Assembly (NCBI GenBank): GCA_040954595.2
Contig: CM082597.2
Location: forward strand, 4,469,244-4,533,243
Direction of reading: 5' to 3'
Source of the DNA: Balanoglossus misakiensis
Lineage: Eukaryota > Animalia > Hemichordata
DNA length: 64,000 bases
Made by a program: the position numbers and the translations under genes. Positions 12,673-24,828 of this stretch are shown here, piece after piece. Position 1 is the first letter of the stretch, and each line of letters opens with the position of its first letter. Under the pieces are notes generated by a model. That model ran no database searches. It worked only from the letters and a program-made list of their open reading frames with translations, and had not been told where the DNA came from.

Positions 12673-12946
12673 CTCAGATTTCTGATCTGCAGCCGTCAAT
12701 CTTAAATCTCTTCCTGTTGGACGATTTGAGAATGCCACCCGGCTCCTGAGCGGCTAACCTGTGAACTGTGGGTACCTTCACAAGTTAGGGTCTCAGGGAT
12801 AGGGTAGCACTGAACTGCATCATGGGTAAAGATCACGGCGACCTTGAGGTGGACATTGTGACTGAGGTTGAAGGTCAAATGCAGCATTCAAAATGGCTGA
12901 GCCCAGTGGTCTGCTCACTTCACAGTACAGCTGTGTATATCTCCCA
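12673..12946 (-). ncRNA. 274-nt host-gene exon containing the pre-miR-125 hairpin
   Basis: Strong acceptor TGTTTGCTCATTCTGTTTCTTACCTTCTTACCAG and donor GAG|GTAAGA. All three frames contain stops. Confidence 0.7.
12741..12799 (-). ncRNA. mir-125: pre-miR-125 (lin-4 family); mature 5p 12799-12778
   Basis: Exact UCCCUGAGACCCUAACUUGUGA. Loop AGGUACCCACAGUUC. 3p arm ACAGGUUAGCCGCUCAGGAGCC pairs with a 2-nt 3' overhang. CNNC (CGUC) begins 18 nt downstream. Confidence 0.98.
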
Positions 12947-13311
12947 CTGGTAAGAAGGTAAGAAACAGAATGAGCAAACAGCATGGAGTAAGAATGTATA
13001 GACAGAAGAGATCATGAGATATGTGACCTATGATGTGTGAGATAGAGTGATCAAGTAAACTTGACAATGAAGGCTATATGGAGAGTAAATAAAAGCAAAG
13101 CATTTGGCTGCCAATCGCCAACACTTAAAAAGGGACCCCAAAGATACTGAAAAATTGGTTTGCAGGTGTCTAGATGTTCCATAATTATCTGTGGTGGGTA
13201 GGTATTCAAGTATGACTATAGGTCATGTAGTTATCTTATAGGAGTTCCAATAAACAAGGGACTGGAAAGCTATTCAAAATCTTTAAATTATACATGGTAT
13301 TGTTTTCAATG

Positions 13312-13401
13312 TCAACCCTTTCACCACTGGTTCCTTCTTTAGAGGTCCAACCTTACAGAAAACAATAGGTTTTGACTGAACCATAATGGTGAACGGGTTA
13401 A
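13312..13401. mobile_element. ~90-bp piggyBac-like (TTAA/CCCTT-ended) mini-MITE
   Basis: TCAA-CCCTTTCACCA...TGGTGAACGGG-TTAA. A second family member at 39887-39972 shares AGAAAACAAT.GGTTT. Confidence 0.6.
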
Positions 13402-16400
13402 ATTTACACTGACTTTAATGTGAAAGTGAAACTACAGGAACATCTTATGGCAAGTACCTGTACATGCTCTGCAGGTTATTAACTCTGACTACATGATGTC
13501 AATTTTATGTCTAATCCCTGTGTAACACATGCAAAACTTCCAGGACTTTCTGATTACGCTACAGCTATACTGTGTTATGCATGAAGCACTATTTGCACAT
13601 CAGTAAGTGTGAACGTAATAGTCTGTCTCCTAATACTGCACACTGCTACAAATCCGTGTTTGCCACTTCATACAGTACGTTATAAATTCATGGAGAGTTG
13701 GCGGAATAAAGGTTAAACCTGAAAGATTCATGTGTAACTCTTATAGTCCGATTTGTCCCTCTTCTGGTCATTATTTATTGAAGTAACAAGTGTCTGCCCA
13801 CTGGCAAGACACAGTTAGCTAGCCCAGTTTTTTGAGAGAAGGGGATTTAAAGGCCGACAATCGTCTTATTACACGCAAGTGCCTAATTTTGTGTGTAACA
13901 AACATTATGTCGCATCGAAACTGTCTCTCAGCAATGGCTGCTACCAATCACACTGAAAATTCACAGCTGTGTACTTTGATGTATGTATTTTTTCTCCTAA
14001 ATTTTGCTACATTGTAGCAAATTGATGGAAAATAACTATGCCTGTGATAAAAAAGTAACAATTGATTGTTGCATGATGTATATAGTGACACAATGTAACA
14101 CAAAGTTGCAATATTGTATTGTTGCATGATGTATTGTTTGATACAAAGTATCAGCACTTTGGCAATACTGTACATTGTAACAATTTTTGGCTTGCTATCA
14201 AATATGTTCTACAGGCCTAGGACCTACAGGGGATGACTGGCTAACTTAGAAAAACCAAGTATCTACGGTTATTGCATATGTAAATAATCCATGCCAATGA
14301 ACTGCTTTGTAACTATGAACAAAGAAAAGACGATGAATATCAAACTGACTTTTCTGACATGATAGAAGTTACCAAATCAAAATCAGAAGGCATGCACTAA
14401 AGAAATCAAATGAGAAGCCTCCTGATTGGTCAACGTAATTTGCCCTAAAATCATCTCTTTGCTCCAATTCAATTAAATATTCACGCTTGATGACTTGTCA
14501 TTTACATATTTCCTATCCTATGACATCTCTGTATATCTTTAAGTCAAAAAAACACACAAAACTATGATAATTACACAAATGTGACAACTATTTTGGAGGA
14601 TATGTTGACGAACAAACATTTTTGACCACAACAGATTTGATGAGACAGACACATTCACAGAAAGGTCAGCTCTTGTGACGCAAGTGTAAATGTTTAAGGA
14701 GTAACTGGTTGTCTGCCTCTATTGATTAGCAGACTCGAAGGCCGTTGTCGCCACCACGATTAATTTAATGTCTGCCTCCCACAGCAAAAAATCCCGTAAA
14801 TATTTTCAGATTTTTTTTAAAGAAACGAAGGAAATGATGGAATTTACTGAACTTTATCTTGTTCTAAAGTGAGATAAAAAACATCAGTATGTAGCTTTTT
14901 AAATTTAGATTTTCCAACTCCTATTATAAGTCCCCCCCCCAAAAAAAAATAATTCTATTTGTCTATACCTTCTGTAATATACTATGTAAAAAAAGTATCT
15001 GTATCTGTTCAATGCATTTTTACTCCATCACCAGTCACATGACCTTTTGCTCTTGTCACATGCATCATCTGTGCACTCGGCATCCAGACATCATGTGACC
15101 AGACCTCAACTTTGACCTCAACTAAGTTCAAATCCAGTTGAGAGCCATAATTCCTAACATTATAAACGACAGATTCGCTTTGTTAACAAGACAACCCTGC
15201 CCTTGTAATGTGCTTGTGTTCTCTATCACTATGCAAAAGAAAAAAAGTCAGACAAGAAGTGAAATTTACAGCGCCATGGAATTCATTCTGTCTGCTATCA
15301 GAATTAATCTGTTCTGAGATGGAAACCATCGCTGTCACTGTATCTGAGGAGATAGGCGTTTTCTTCCACATGCATGTAATCATACTCCACCACAAATATT
15401 TCCAACACAGCGAGGCAAAGCTGCAATCACGATAAAGTCATCACCCATTTATCACTCCACTGTGGTTTAACCCCTGTGGGTTTCTATGCCCGGGTTGCAC
15501 CAATATGCAGGGAAAGAGGGAAGACTTATTTACAAAACCCCATCCTTTTTCAAAAAAGTGTGATCGAAAGACAACCAGGGCTAAATCAAAGCATGGATTT
15601 GACAGACATGAATACAACCACGGTAATTTTATACCATTTGGGTGGACGACATTATCTGACACCAGTGTTCTACACAGGATATGCCAAACGGACTTAATCT
15701 ACAAAGCTGTCATGCACACACGTACTGTCTCAGTCCCACTTCCCATTTTTAATTCATCGACAAAATGCACATGATCAAATTTCACTCTCTCAAATCTCCA
15801 TTTTTCATAAAATCTTTAACGAAGACGAATTTCATTCAAGAAATCAAATCCTAATTACCTTACATAAATTAAAAACTGCATTTTCATCAACAAAGAAAAA
15901 CTGTTTACGTGAGGGGGGGGGGAGAGTCTGCAGACAGAGGGCAACTGAGGTCATACATGCCGATAAATTTCAGTCTAAATACCTGAATTGAAATTCTCCA
16001 CTGAATCATTAGATGTTCAACTTTACTACCTATTTATAGTCTTTTGTGTAATTTCAAATGGTATGTTAGTGTGTTATGCAACTGCTATTTAATCAGATAC
16101 TTCTGCAAGCAATGTTTTATGTTAAGGATTCACTAATTGAAAATGTATTAGGATTAGGTTATGTTTGAGAAAATGTTTTCACTTACAAAACAATACAAAC
16201 TAGCAGATTGTTTTGTCGCACAAATTAAATGCTAAGAATAACCTGCCTAACAATGGGAAAATATGAGTTATTTACGTGATGGGTGTCGACGGCAACACTG
16301 ACCTAAATAAAAATCAGTTATAACTGCATTCTGTAGACTTTTATCGCATCTATTTAACCTAAATAAAAATTCGCTTTTCATGCTGAGAGATAGTCTTGTA

Positions 16401-19400
16401 TTGCCCCATCAATTGTCATCAATATAGTATAAGAGGTGTTCGCATATCTCCAAAATTATTTAGCTCACAAAAGTAGCAGACTACACAGTTTTGGCGGGAA
16501 AGCATTCTGTACCAGCTAAGCCGCAAACTGTCTGCGTTTAAGCAAATATGAACAAGTCAGTAGGGTAAAGGTTTAGCACGACACGTGTGATTATCATATG
16601 CTAACGATCTCAAATATCCATCATATATCGAAAATCCTCGGCGGTTATTACACTACAAAGTTCGGCGGGAAATATAATGTCTGCCCTCTGCCTCGAGTTC
16701 ACCTCAAATGACCTTTCAAACAAAGTAGAGGTCACCACTGCCTTTTTTAATGTGTCAAGCTGAGGAAGTTGACAGTAAAGCCTTAATGCCCAGTACTGAC
16801 AGTGACATATTACCTCAGCAACGAAATTTAACCATCTGAAGGTAAAAAATGTACATATCCATGTATTCTAATATAAAATTTGGTTCTCGAAATTTGAATG
16901 AGCCTGTTGCAGGTCATTGTCAAAACTAATCTTGTGCCAAATGATCCATATACCTACAATTACAAACATTTCACTTGATTCAAATATCCCATTTTTTTAT
17001 CACTCCCTACGTGACCATAGAAGAAAAGATTTTTCAGTATGCATTTAGCTGAAAATGGCTAAGATTCTGGAAGAAAAATATCTGTTTTGGACAATCGCAA
17101 ATAGTATTTTACAGACAAGCGAGTATAGAATGTTTAAGTCTATGCAAAAGGACAGACACACAGACATTGTTGCCGAAGCGTCTAGAATTTTTCATCCCCT
17201 ACCGTACACTCAGCAAATAACTCTTTGGAGAGGGCTAACGCATTCAAACACTGGAAATTCTCCAACCATGTCAAGCTTTCTTCAGTCTTGACACAAAACT
17301 AATACGCCTTTTTAGTGAAAATCTGCCTTTTCAGCGAAGAGGCGTCTTCATATTAATTTCGCCCCTGGTGCATCAAATAATTTGAAAGTGCAATGTCTGT
17401 CTGTCTGTCCCCATTTCGGTGAACAGACTGTGGCAGACGCCGACATCATAAAACAAATACTACATTTTGTTTGTCAATGCGCATGATGAATAGGCAGACA
17501 TAACAGGCGACCTTTTGACCTAGATAAAGCTGAAATTCACTTCCCATGCATTGAGTATAGGTTACTTCTTCCTCACAGACTACTTGTTAATTTTTATCTT
17601 TAAAAAAATACACCTGTCTGGAAGGCTAGTTTTCCTATAAATGTTGATTTAATTTAAATTTGCGAGAATCTCTGAGGCCTGTTTCTTGCATAAGGATACA
17701 CTGGAGGTTGAACTGAAATGTCGGTATGCAGATTTTAGGCGGGAAACCCCTTGACGGTTAACACATGCAAAAAAACGTCATTTTGATATTTCGTAAATTC
17801 AAACGAATTCTGGAAGTGTAGGAACGAGACTTCATTCTGTAGATTTTACAGACAGATGAAGAAATTATAGCGTCGGTGATTGAACTAGTCTGCATCTGAT
17901 CACTTCTCTCAGCATGAAAAATAAAGAAAGACAGACGCAGCTGCAGGTTGCGATTTCCATGCACCACACCCCTGCACTGAATGAATCTTAGAATAACCCT
18001 ATTCTCTGCTGATCGGTAGAGTCCATTCTTGTGCTAAATCGGGTAAGTTTATGTACATGGTCTGACTAAGTTTCACCGATCTCAATGTTATTTCTTCAAC
18101 TGTCATAAATCTTGCCCGTCTTTACAGATAGGATACGTAATGGCTAACTACAATATAAAAATGCACTTTTCTGCATTGAAATGCTGATATTATAACACAC
18201 TATTTGACACAAGTGAAACAAAAAGTGATACATGTCTGCCTGCCAGACAGGTAAAAAATTACCAAGGGAAAAACAGATTTTCCCGTTAGAAGAAACCGAG
18301 AGACACCCTAAGTAGACACCACTGAATATTTGCATGGAAGTATTAAACTCGTGCCTCAATGAAATATCTGCATGTTTAAGATGTTGGAAAATCTCGCAAT
18401 TCCGAATCCTGAACTGTCATTTCACCCCAGGCACCTGTCCTTGATTGGCCAGACATTGCAACTAGGCCATAGAATACCGAAGAACCGAGCAGAAAATTTG
18501 ATTTTTTCCCCTATCCTGTAAAACAAGCAGTCGACAGAAGTCTGACCTCTGTGAAATGCAGACGTGTACCTATGCCCTCAATTTCACATGGAAATCAGTA
18601 AGCTTTATAGACTACATGCATGTTAGTCGGCTTGACCTAAAAAAAAATTCTACACTGCTGATGTAAATTCCCCAAAGCTACTAAAACATAACTGACGCAG
18701 TTCTAATTACAAAACGTAACAGACTGGTATTCCAAATGTTCTTTTTTCTCTCTCAGTCGATGACCGAACGCCCTTACCTTAAACATATGAAAGACCGTCA
18801 GTCCATTTTTGTCAAACCTCAAACTCCATTTCGATTAAAGAGACGCAAAATGCAGCCGGATTTCTCGGCAAATTTCTCTTGTTTTCGCAGACACTCAACC
18901 AACACCTCATCTTCGCAAGCATCTAATCGCCATGACGATGATGTAATCTCTAGTTGTGGCCACTTGTAGCCAGCAACCCATTGGTGTCTGTACGTTAGCT
19001 GCACCTCCCTCTAACCCAGCTGGCGCAAAAATATAGCCTGTCTAGACGTTAATATAATCAGGGCGATGGACTAACCCCCTAGCTTACTGTCGATTGTGAA
19101 GTACAGCAGGGATAGGGGTCCAGGGGGGTCAACTACCATTGGCTCTCATAAGTTATGCTTATTGCACGGTGCTGTAATATTAAAACAAAGCCAAAAGCGG
19201 TATGCAGAAGCAGTAAGCAGTGAACCCAGTATAGGGCGATGTTTTCAATCACAGTGGTACTGTCTGATTTCACAGACATTTTCCAACAAGCCAACATATC
19301 AATGCGCGGGCAACAGAAAACGTGTTGGTTACACGACGACTTTCGTGCAATGATATTTTACTGTTTGTCATCATTAGCATGCTAAACGGGACTCAATGAA

Positions 19401-22131
19401 TGAATGTCTCAACAAACAAAGACAACCTCAGAATTGGCAACGGAAATGCAAGCAGCATTCTTTCATGATTTCATCTGAGTACAACGACCTGTAATTTTTG
19501 GGGTGTCTCAAATAATCATGATTTCTCAATCAGTACATCCAATTCTTTTGTTAGATCTTGGTCAAAATGCTATGAACACAGGCCTGAGAAACACATACAT
19601 ACCAATATGCAAGCATCACAGATGATTCGAAAAAGCAAACTCACATTTTAAAAGAAATCAACGAACTCTAGTTATCACCTTCTGCCAACATTTCACTTAC
19701 TGATTTTGGAAGGACACTGCAGTAAATTTGACAGTTCATGAACTCAACTTCACTAAAACTACATTACTTCCATAATACAGTCACTAAAGAGAAGAGAAAA
19801 CATCAAAACACTGGAGGAACAAAGATGACATTTAACAAATGCAAAGCTCATTTCTCGCAAATTCATAAATTTCTGACATAAAATCAGACAGAACCTCAAA
19901 CAACGTACATGCTTTCACTTATAAGCACCTCAAAATATGCTCAGACAGGTTTTTTTTCTTGCAGGCAATTCAAATGCCGTGCGATTGAATTCATTAGCAA
20001 CATAATCTTTCACTGAGAGTTCCAGCACGTATATCGCATGTTGGCGTATTCAAACAATGTGCCACACCTTGAAAGCATCAGTCAAATTCGTCTGTCGGTA
20101 CGATTTTTTTGTTTCTCATTGAAAATTTGACATGAAAAATTGTGACACTTGGGTAGTTGTGGCCAATCGGTCAGTGCTAGATTCACTTTGGAGTAAAGAA
20201 ATCGCCTCGCGTGTCGTTTACACCCCTTCTTTTCAAAAGTGTAGCCGGAAGCACCCTCGGTGGGACAGAGGCCGTGCTAAATGTGTCCGTAAGCGAGCTA
20301 CGGTTGGATCTAAACCGACCGAGAAACCAAAAGATGACTCCTGAAGGTGAAATGCATTTAACACCTTCAATAGAGCACCAGATTTAATCCGCGATGGCAA
20401 GAATCGCACCAAAATCGGGTATTAAAATTTCGACACAGGCAAACACCTGGAATTGAAATAGCCAACAGTTCAGAAGAAATTGTATACAATGTGTACAAGA
20501 GAATGTGTAAAATAAACAGTAGATTTTTGCACGGCCCAGAAAATCTGGTGACCCAATGCCCACCTGTCAAATAATGAATGAGGAATCATGGTACACTGAG
20601 ACATGGCAAAGCAATTGTTCATATTAGAAGCCATTTCAATCGTATCTCGTCTAGTCTTATTAAAATTGTTCGAAGAGAACATTTCTCTTTCTGCAGGATT
20701 CTGGATTAACATATCTGCATGGAAAATTTCATGACCACCCATCCCCCTAGAGATGGAAGGAAAAACACTCCAGACTCAGACAAGAGGTACACGAAAGGTT
20801 CTGAGATAAACCATTTAGGAGCAGTCACTGAAACCTCACACATTTTACTTGAAAACATGCTCAAGTATGTGGGTTAGTGGCTACAACCTACGATTACATA
20901 AATTTCATAAGTTGAGCAATATCTTTAAAGGCAGTGTCATGCAGAAAAACCCATTTCTTTTTGGCAGAGTATTTCTCCTGTCTGCCTGTTGAGGGCGCTA
21001 TTCAATCTACCCTGAAGACGTTTTCGAAGAAACGACAAAATGTGAATTGTCTGCATAATGAATAGGTTTTTAGCTTAAACTGACCAAACTGATCATTCCT
21101 AACCGTCAATATAGGAAACTGGTCATCTGACTTCAAATGTCCAGAGTGCATAGTCATTCCACCTTCAACTGACCAAAGTGGTCATTCTAACATCATGGCC
21201 ACAGTTGACATTCCAGCAAACAACCCAACTCTATTGCCATTTGGCTAAATTCACTGTTTAGTTCTCTGCAAAAGCGTTACAGACCTAAGTAAAGTTACAC
21301 ATTCTCAACTCAACAAGATTACCCCTACCGTAATGTTCATCAAAATGGTATGACCTCTCCGTTAATAATGGATGATGCCGCTATCATAAATTCAATAGGG
21401 TTGTTGGACATCATTTTTTTTCAATCATGTTTAATTCACACCCTGTGTCCATTTCCAAGAAATGGTTATTCAATGTTCTTTCTCGCTATCGGCTCAGACT
21501 TACATGCACAATGAAGGCCAGGTTGAACAAAAGCCATGTTTTTCATTGCACTTAAAACTATGTACTGACCTCGCTCTCAACTGAATGGAGCATACTAATC
21601 CCTCGACAGGTTTCCGAGAAATCCTTCATGGATTCCATGAAACCAGATGTCAAGGAAACTAAGTTACCCCAGCTGAGTTGAAATTAATCAACTTTACCAA
21701 ATAGACTGACTTCCACCGTTATACTACATTTCATTGGTTTTTGATTTAGTTTGGTTGTTTTATAAAGTTTATTTCATCAATCCCGAAAGAACAAATTGCT
21801 ACAGCAGAGATCGTACTGATTGTTGGTTACATGAAGGGAGTTTGGTGAAGAGCGCCCTCTTTAGGCAGACTTGCTTAACCTGTACATGTGCCAATTTCAC
21901 TGAAATTTCTCCATCCTTCAGCTCAGTGTCTCATAGATCACACAGGTGCTCCCCATATAATATGCAAATATGTACATTACAATCCCATCCCCCCCCCACC
22001 AGCCAATCACCCTTTTTATCCACATCTCTGCATCTTCCCCGACCCCACCCCCAGGGGGAGAAAGTCTCACGGAATATTAATCAGTTTGCCGTCCGTTGCT
22101 GCCAAGATCGGTGCGTATTCTCCCGCCCCTG

Positions 22132-22199
22132 GGAAAGTTAGCAAGTTGTACAGTTATCTCCCTAAGGTATAGCTCTCAACTATACAACCTACTACCTCA
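22132..22199 (-). ncRNA. let-7: pre-let-7; mature 5p 22199-22178
   Basis: Exact UGAGGUAGUAGGUUGUAUAGUU. Loop GAGAGCUAUACCUUAGGGAGAUAA. 3p arm CUGUACAACUUGCUAACUUUCC. Lower stem CUGGG/CCCAG. Confidence 0.99.
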
Positions 22200-22669
22200 C
22201 CCAGAGAGCAGGCAACAAAACCTAGAGTTACCGTGGTTATGTGTCCTAAACTGTGTCCATGGCAACACTGATCACTGCATCCTTTGCTAATAACTGTCCT
22301 CGATTCGTACCCAGTTCTGCTCGGTATCTCCTGTGAAGCACCGTGTCTGTCTGCGAGATGATTTCCCTATGGTAAGATGTGTCTCCTGTTGAAAGTACAG
22401 TCAACCTAGGCACACAGCAAAGTATCCACGGGTTAATACATATGCCCGCTAGTTCTTCCCAGCACAATGCTGATTTAATCTTCAAGTATGACTTATAATT
22501 GCCATGTCCTCCGTTATTTGTAAGTGCATCAATACAGATTTTATCTGAATGCAGTTCTGATCTGGTCTTCCTTCGTCGCTAAAAAAAATCTCGTTCTGAA
22601 ATCCCACGTCTACTCTGTCTGGCTATGACTGCATTTGCCATCGTCCATGTCGACCACAATCATCTTGTG

Positions 22670-23385
22670 GAAGATCTTGAATGGTAGATGATCAGGCATC
22701 TGCAGTTTTGAATGGTACATAATCTTGCAGGTCGAATGGTAGATGGTTTTCTTGGTTGAATTGTAGATAATCTTGCTGACAAATTTTAGATGATCCTGCA
22801 GGTTGAAAGGTAATGATCTTGCAGGTTGAAAGGTAGATGATCTTGCGGGTCGAATGGCCTAGATGATCTTCCTGGTTAAAATGGTAAAATAAAATGGTAG
22901 ACGATCTTGCAGGTTGAAAGGTAGATGATCTTGCAGATCGAATGGCCTAGATGATCTTCCTGGTTAAAATGGTAAAATAAAATGGTAGACGATCTTGCAG
23001 GTTGAAAGGTAGATGATCTTGCAGGTTGAAAGGTAGATGATCTTGCAGGTTAAAAGGTAGATGATCTTGCAGGTCAAATGGCCTAGATGATCTTCCTGGT
23101 TAAAATGGTAAAATAAAATGGTAGACGATCTTGCAGGTTGAAAGGTAGATGATCTTGCAGATCGAATGGCCCAGATGATCTTCCTGGTTAAAATGGTAAA
23201 ATAAAATGGTAGACGATCTTGCAGGTTGAAAGGTAGATGATCTTGCAGGTCGAATGGCCTAGATGATCTTCCTGGTTAAAATGGTAAAATAAAATGGTAG
23301 ACGATCTTGCAGGTTGAAAAGTAGACAATCTTGCAGGTTGAAAGGTAGAAGACCTTACAGCTACAGGTTGAATGGTAGATGATCA
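22670..23385. repeat. Minisatellite: 24-bp monomer (AGGTAGATGATCTTGCAGGTTGAA) with an 88-bp higher-order repeat
   Basis: The marker GGCC(T/C)AGATGATCTTCCTGG recurs at 22856, 22944, 23080, 23168 and 23256 (spacings 88, 136=88+48, 88, 88). Edges are degenerate. Confidence 0.95.
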
Positions 23386-24307
23386 CATTGCTTCTGCTGG
23401 CAGCCATAAGTGTATTCCATATTGCTCATGTTGTTCTTTAATACAATCAATATGCTTCACTTCATCACAGTTGTGTTGTGTCGGTCAGGGCTCTTTATAA
23501 CTTCATCTACCTCATTCTGACGTGGATATCCATAATTTAATCATCTGTAGATCAAATTGCAACTCAATTCTGTCTTCACCTACTCTCCTCTCGCTGTCGT
23601 TCTATACCGAACTGCTAATTATACCAAATTTTCTTAAAATTCAAAGGGCAGCCATTACAACTGCTACCATCCAAGCACATCGCGGCAAATGTCTTTAAGG
23701 CACACACCAAAAATCATCCAATCACACCCAGCGTTACATATACCCACTCAAGGCAGCCTCCATCGTCCAATCACTCCACACCACACAAAACCACGCCATC
23801 ACTACCACCCACCAACGTCTCTTATTCAAAGCGTACTTTGACCCTTGTCAACAGCTGTGTGCTCTGCCTGACACATCAACATCTGATCTCTTTTAATTAT
23901 TAGTCTGCAAATCCAGAAATATAATTATTGCCAGCACAAATGCACCTAGTCAAAACACAAAAGTAAACACAAACACACCCACCATCAACAACAGGTCATT
24001 GGAATTGGAACAAATTAGACCAAAACGTCCACTGAACATTTATAAAGGGTATGTGCAACCTCTGCCAACAAACACCATCTGGTAATTTATCTAAATGTGT
24101 ATTTTGCAATATTTTCGACTTGAACAGTGGTCTCATATCTCTATTAATATAACCAAATATTAGCCATTGATCATTTTCAAAACAGATGTTCAATCTTAAC
24201 TTGGAGGTTACTGTTTTTCCTGATAAATATAGATTAGAAAAATACTATTAAAACAACTATTTATTTTTATCCTTATAAAATGTTTAAAATTAAGTGTAAT
24301 TTATCTG

Positions 24308-24468
24308 TACAGTAAAATTCCAATTATCTGAATTGTTTGTTTATCCGCACTGCTGTCATGTCCCCCAATCGTATTGTTTACGATCGTTATCCGAATAACC
24401 AAACTGTCTGCATATCCGAACAAAATCAATGTCCCCCTGTCAGTTCGGATAATTGGAGTTTTACTGTA
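24308..24468. mobile_element. ~160-bp pogo/Tigger-like MITE
   Basis: TA|CAGTAAAATTCCAATTATCTGAA...TTCGGATAATTGGAGTTTTACTG|TA. ~23-bp TIRs, TA TSD, internal TTATCCG sub-repeats. Confidence 0.8.
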
Positions 24469-24812
24469 CTGATTTCTAACACAATGTTTATTATGTATTC
24501 AAAATATTAGGACAGACCAATTTACTGATTACTTTTGGTTTATCATCATTTTCTTTTTTTTTTCTGATTACTCATCAGTCATACGAGTTCTACACTGGGC
24601 AAAATCAACGACAGACTATTTCAAATTACAACAGAGTGGCCGTGGTGGCATGATAGAAGTTGTCAAATTAAAGAATGCAAAAAATACAACCATAAAAAGC
24701 AAAAATTGTGAAGTTATACGTATCACATATGGGGAATGTGTCGTGCTTTCTGGAAATACGTCGTCTGCTCTGGGACCTACACAAAATCTCCCATCACATT
24801 TATCAATCTGGC

Positions 24813-24828
24813 AGGTCACGTCAGGTCA
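24813..24828 (+). promoter_or_regulatory. Perfect DR4 nuclear-receptor element
   Basis: AGGTCA-CGTC-AGGTCA, between miR-100 and let-7. Confidence 0.5.

Noticed and set aside
22670-23385. CRISPR-like array
   Set aside because: No unique spacers, eukaryotic context and no cas genes. It is a minisatellite.
23490-23514. TGAGGTAGATGAAGTTATAAAG on the minus strand, a possible second let-7-family miRNA
   Set aside because: It has the let-7 seed but no complementary arm on either side, so there is no hairpin.
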